NCBI GenBank assembly: GCA_963666975.2
Contig: CAXVYR010000003.1
Span: 1,304,577-1,368,576 of the forward strand
Direction of reading: 5' to 3'
DNA length: 64,000 nucleotides
DNA from: Terriglobia bacterium
GTDB taxonomy: Bacteria > Acidobacteriota > Terriglobia > 2-12-FULL-54-10
Shown: positions 60,600 to 64,000 of the stretch, piece after piece
Layout of the letters: each line of letters begins with the position of its first letter
Numbering within the stretch: the first letter of the stretch is position 1
Notes under the pieces: model-generated
Database searches by the model: none
Told to the model about the DNA's origin: nothing
Seen by the model: only the letters and a program-made list of their open reading frames with translations
Position numbers and translations under genes: made by a program

Positions 60600-62222
60600 C
60601 CGGAATTAGTTTTTTGGCCCATCCGACTCGTGAGTATACATCCGTTGGCCTTCAACTGAGCCCTTCCAGACAAATATTTTCTCCGAGATACTGCCAGCGG
60701 CTTCCAGCCGCTCTTTCCGAGTCCCCAAAACCCATCGCCTCGGCTTCCAGAACCAGCTTTTGCAGACACCTCTCCATGCCTGGGGGATATCGGAATCATT
60801 TTCTTGGGTGCGCCGCAGGCTAGGCTATCCCGACGGAAGCGACAGCCCATCTATTCGCCCCAGCATGCTAGCAAATAAACGTCTCGTCAGATGGCTCTCT
60901 GCCAGCAATAGCCAATAGTAGCGGGCATGCTTAATCAGGCGTCCTCCGGTTTTCACCAACCGCTGCTGCAAGCTCGTCAGGGACCAGTTCCCGATTCTCT
61001 GTGGCAGCACCAGCCGCCGCCAAAGATTTCCCAGATTATAGGCAATGATGGTCAGCCACAGCCGTACCTCGTTGGAGCGGAACCGATGGCAACTGAGCCG
61101 CGTCATCTTCACCGCCTGCTTGCCTTCCTTAATCCACTGCTCTGCCGTCCCTCGCTTATTATAGAAACGCACCACCGCCCGACTCGGAAGGGGCAGATTC
61201 GTGACAATGAACCCCACTCGCGGGAACAACTCCCCCGGATGATGTTCTACCTTGGCTACCACCCGTCGGGCCGTCTTCCAACTCTCGGCTTGGTACAGAA
61301 ACCCCTTGTACTCCACCAACGGCTTCTGGCCCGGCCTTCCTACCGGACGTTTCAGCAACTCCTCGATGTCCCGCTGGAGGTTCTCGTTGGAAGGGATGCG
61401 GATGGCATACTTCACACCCCGCTCCTCCAACGCTTCGTAAACCTCCGGCTTGGCAAAGGCCGCGTCAGCCCGAAACACGACTTCTTTCCCCATCAACTGC
61501 TGGCGTTCGATCTCCGGCAACAGAAGTTCTTCCCAGCCTTCGGCACTATGGACGTTGCCGGCACGGAGCTTGGCCGCTAGACAATCGCCGCCTCCATTGA
61601 ACAGAAGCACCGGATGATAACAGGTGGACTCGAAGTGCCCGTTGTAGGCGCTTTGCTCCTGCTCCCCGTAGACCGGGATCTCAGTCGAGTCCATGTCGAG
61701 CACTACCCGGTACGGCGAATCGATTGCTTCTGCCCTGCCGATCAGTTCCCGGTTCAGCCGTGCCAGCCCTGCGAAGTTTTCCTCCTCAGCCAGCAACTCC
61801 GTCTCGAAGGTTTGCAACCGGGATGGCAGTGCTGCCCCTCGATCCCAATTCTTCTCGGAACCGATCAGCCGGAACATCGGATCTTGGGAGAGCTGCTCGG
61901 CATCGTTCACATCCTCGTATCCAGCCAAGCGACTGTACACCGACTGCCGTAGCAGGTCCGCGAGGGGCAACCGTGTGTTCTTCCCCCGAGGATCGGCTAG
62001 GTGCTGCTGGATGAGTTCACCGAATCCCAAGCGTTCGTCCAACTCCCGCACCAGAATCAACCCTCCGTTGGAGGTCACCCTCGATCCGTGGAAAGCGACC
62101 TTCAACGAGGCATTAAAAGTGAGTTGAAATGGCTGATTTTGTCTCTCACCCATTCGGTGTTGCCCTCCGGAAGCCAATATTGATGCTCGAACCAGCATCA
62201 ATATTGACGTTGGAGATTAGCA
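60600..62222 (-). mobile_element. IS1380-family element (ends approximate and degenerate)
   Basis: Transposase plus flanks ending near ccggaatt (about 60600) and aatctccaacgtcaa (about 62220); no clear target duplication seen. Confidence 0.65.
60825..62153 (-). CDS. IS1380-family transposase
   Basis: TS.GGL.L..ELD, GYED.ND, LDMDST...YGEQE, YHP, LR.GN, RADAAF, Y..RG.AEQ.IKE.K. Confidence 0.95.
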   Translation of the reverse strand: MGERQNQPFQLTFNASLKVAFHGSRVTSNGGLILVRELDERLGFGELIQQHLADPRGKNTRLPLADLLRQSVYSRLAGYEDVNDAEQLSQDPMFRLIGSEKNWDRGAALPSRLQTFETELLAEEENFAGLARLNRELIGRAEAIDSPYRVVLDMDSTEIPVYGEQEQSAYNGHFESTCYHPVLLFNGGGDCLAAKLRAGNVHSAEGWEELLLPEIERQQLMGKEVVFRADAAFAKPEVYEALEERGVKYAIRIPSNENLQRDIEELLKRPVGRPGQKPLVEYKGFLYQAESWKTARRVVAKVEHHPGELFPRVGFIVTNLPLPSRAVVRFYNKRGTAEQWIKEGKQAVKMTRLSCHRFRSNEVRLWLTIIAYNLGNLWRRLVLPQRIGNWSLTSLQQRLVKTGGRLIKHARYYWLLLAESHLTRRLFASMLGRIDGLSLPSG

Positions 62223-62561
62223 GAAGGTTGCTTCTACGATTTCAAACTGGGAATGCGGGTTAAGGTCTTGGACGCCGAAGCCCGTCCATAGCTCATCTGA
62301 AAAATAAAACTCTCTCAGTTCACCGTCGGAATCCCTAAAAGAGCCGCTGTATTGAGAAGAAGACGAGCAGAGGTTGAAAATATGAAACTCAGTACTCCAT
62401 CCCCTACCTTGCGTGATATGTGGAATGTACCGGACGCTTGACAATGACTGTGCGGAAGCCAGCGGCATCATGGTCGTTAATGCCAGAAGAGCAAGTGATA
62501 TCTTGATCGTTATGGTAGCGCGCGGCAGGCTGGGAACCAACCCGCCTCGTTTACGTTGCAT
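62217..62561 (-). pseudogene. Secreted hypothetical protein, probably 3'-truncated at the IS1380
   Basis: Signal peptide then YIPHI..G.GWSTEF.I.N; the ORF ends at the IS boundary. Confidence 0.5.
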
Positions 62562-62574
62562 GATGTTCCCTCCC

Positions 62575-62838
62575 CTAGCGGGCTGCGGCCCGCCCGGTGA
62601 TGGCCTCGCGCAATCCTTCCAGCAGCCCTTCCAGATGCGCCATGCGCTCTCGGAGTTCACCAAACTGCTTCTCCATCGCGTCAAACCGGGAATCCAGCCC
62701 ATTGATCCTCTCATCCAGCCGCGACTCCAGCCGCGCGATGTCTTGCCGTACGTCCTGCCGCAGCCCGCGATTGCTGTTCAGGATCACCCCCGCTAGTGCT
62801 ACACCCACCGCCAAAATTGCAATTATCTCCCCGCTCAT
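62575..62838 (-). CDS. Small membrane-anchored coiled-coil protein
   Basis: RBS GGAGG; MSGEIIAILAVGVALAGVIL...LRERMAHLEGLLEGLREAI. Confidence 0.75.
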   Translation of the reverse strand: MSGEIIAILAVGVALAGVILNSNRGLRQDVRQDIARLESRLDERINGLDSRFDAMEKQFGELRERMAHLEGLLEGLREAITGRAAAR

Positions 62839-63332
62839 GCTTCCTCCAAATCCGTTCGGCCCATTCTCCTGCGCATCCAAGACAATAACCACAGCAGCAG
62901 AACTGTCCTCGCCAACAATACTCGAAGTTCGCCAACTTGTGCGGACAAACCCTCTTGTGATAACTCAAAGCTCTCAGATACAGTTTGTGGGAAGCCAGAA
63001 TGCATTCTCCACTCATGAATTCTTTAAAATCGCACCCATCGTGCCAAAGATCGCTATTCTCTGAAATTTGCTTCACGTACACATGCACGATGGAGTCGGT
63101 CGGAATTGCCGAGCAAGCGATAACCTCTCCCAGGCAGATTCCTTCTAGGATGACCCGCTGTCCTCTGATGGTAACTGCTGTTGTTGAAATAACTGACGAT
63201 ATCATTGTGGAATACTTGCAAGACTCGCAGCCGCCGCGAGTTTTCCCATAGGGGATGTTCTTGTATGAATTCATAGCCATGCCCCCCTGAGAGCCACACA
63301 CCCGGCCCACCAGGAGCGAACCAGCGCGACTT

Positions 63333-63624
63333 TCAGACTTTCGAATATCCAGACTTCTGTATCCATTGAGTGACGAGCTCCTCGACGAGCTCACTGAACT
63401 CCGTGCCCTCGTCTAAGAGACGTTTCTTAGCGGCGAGATGCGTCTGTTTGCGCAAATAGACGGTTGCCTGAGTGTAATCCGGGTTGCTCTTCTTGCCTGG
63501 TGGTCGTCCCACTTTGAGAGGGGCGTCGGATCGGGCGATGGGGTTTACGCATGGAGGTATGGGGTTTTGCTTCGGTAGGGAGCTTTCCGAAGTTCTCTAA
63601 CACCTTCCCGAACGGAGTACTCAC
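63333..63624 (-). pseudogene. Small DNA-binding partner of ParA (frameshifted)
   Basis: GTG overlaps the parA stop (MSTPFGKVL...); the C-terminal half GRPPGKKSNPDYTQATVYLRKQTH...EFSELVEELVTQW is in another frame (292 bp). Confidence 0.65.
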
Positions 63625-64000
63625 GGCAGAATCTCCTTTCCCAGCTTGAGGTAGTCTTGCCAGGCTTGCTGTGCTCGGCGGTCTTTGTTGTCGTAGACAG
63701 GGGTCCCCGCCAAGGCGGATTTCTGGTAGCAAATAAACCGGCGGATGCCGGTCTTGAAGAGGGGAATCTGCCTTTCCTGGAGTTCCCGGCGCATCGCTTC
63801 TCCGTCGCAGTTCGGTTTGGGTGGAATGATCGTCAGCAGAATCCTATAATTCCCTGCCCCAACGTTCTCGATCGCCGCAGTGGTCATCAAGAGCGCTTGG
63901 AGGCTGAGGGCATCCGGAGTCGAGGGAATGACAAGGAGGTCGCAACCTTCGACCAGCTCCTTGATTTCTTCAGGTTCCAATCGGGCGCTGGTGTCAATGA
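63621..64000 (-). CDS. ParA-family ATPase, plasmid type (5'-partial)
   Basis: IDTSAR (Walker B region), DLLVIP.TPD.L, IRR...YQKSAL.G.PV, A..DY..LG.E. Confidence 0.85.
   Translation of the reverse strand, partial: IDTSARLEPEEIKELVEGCDLLVIPSTPDALSLQALLMTTAAIENVGAGNYRILLTIIPPKPNCDGEAMRRELQERQIPLFKTGIRRFICYQKSALAGTPVYDNKDRRAQQAWQDYLKLGKEILP

Noticed and set aside
62711-63394. 227-aa Cys-rich ORF as a confident gene
   Set aside because: Overlaps two better-supported genes at its ends and matches no family I recognise; left as a possibility only.

Overview
64-kb chromosomal window of a GC-rich bacterium, most likely Acidobacteriota (inferred from an acidobacterial-type VWA protein, TonB and Oar-like TonB-dependent receptor). 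Housekeeping content: dnaG (partial), mutS2, rluD-like, lgt, lspA, ileS, rarA, trmH-like, selA, recN, cdaA-cdaR-glmM and a complete rRNA operon (16S-tRNA-Ala-tRNA-Ile-23S-5S, minus strand). The most notable item is a four-gene operon at 33468-34941 that the ORF track breaks up. Reading four in-frame TGA codons as selenocysteine gives a MerT/MerF-like membrane protein with two adjacent Sec (PS-U-U), a secreted HMA/MerP-like protein with GIT-U-AS-C, an atypical IscU-like protein (no Sec) and a DUF1858-like protein with U-C. Each TGA site is followed by a SECIS-like hairpin, and selA lies about 6 kb away. Second is a HAD/DUF2088/fatty-acyl reductase/SDR/DAG-kinase/PlsY cluster resembling the myxobacterial elb ether-lipid genes, but with a stand-alone reductase. 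Accessory content includes a relic inverted-type integron, a RAYT with its REPs, several REP/REPIN families (some supplying stop codons of orphan genes), IS3/IS481-like, IS4 and IS1380 elements, broken toxin-antitoxin modules, phage and plasmid remnants, and a TBDR plus two amidohydrolases. A few short stretches look like consensus or assembly artefacts. All calls come from reading the sequence; no searches were run.
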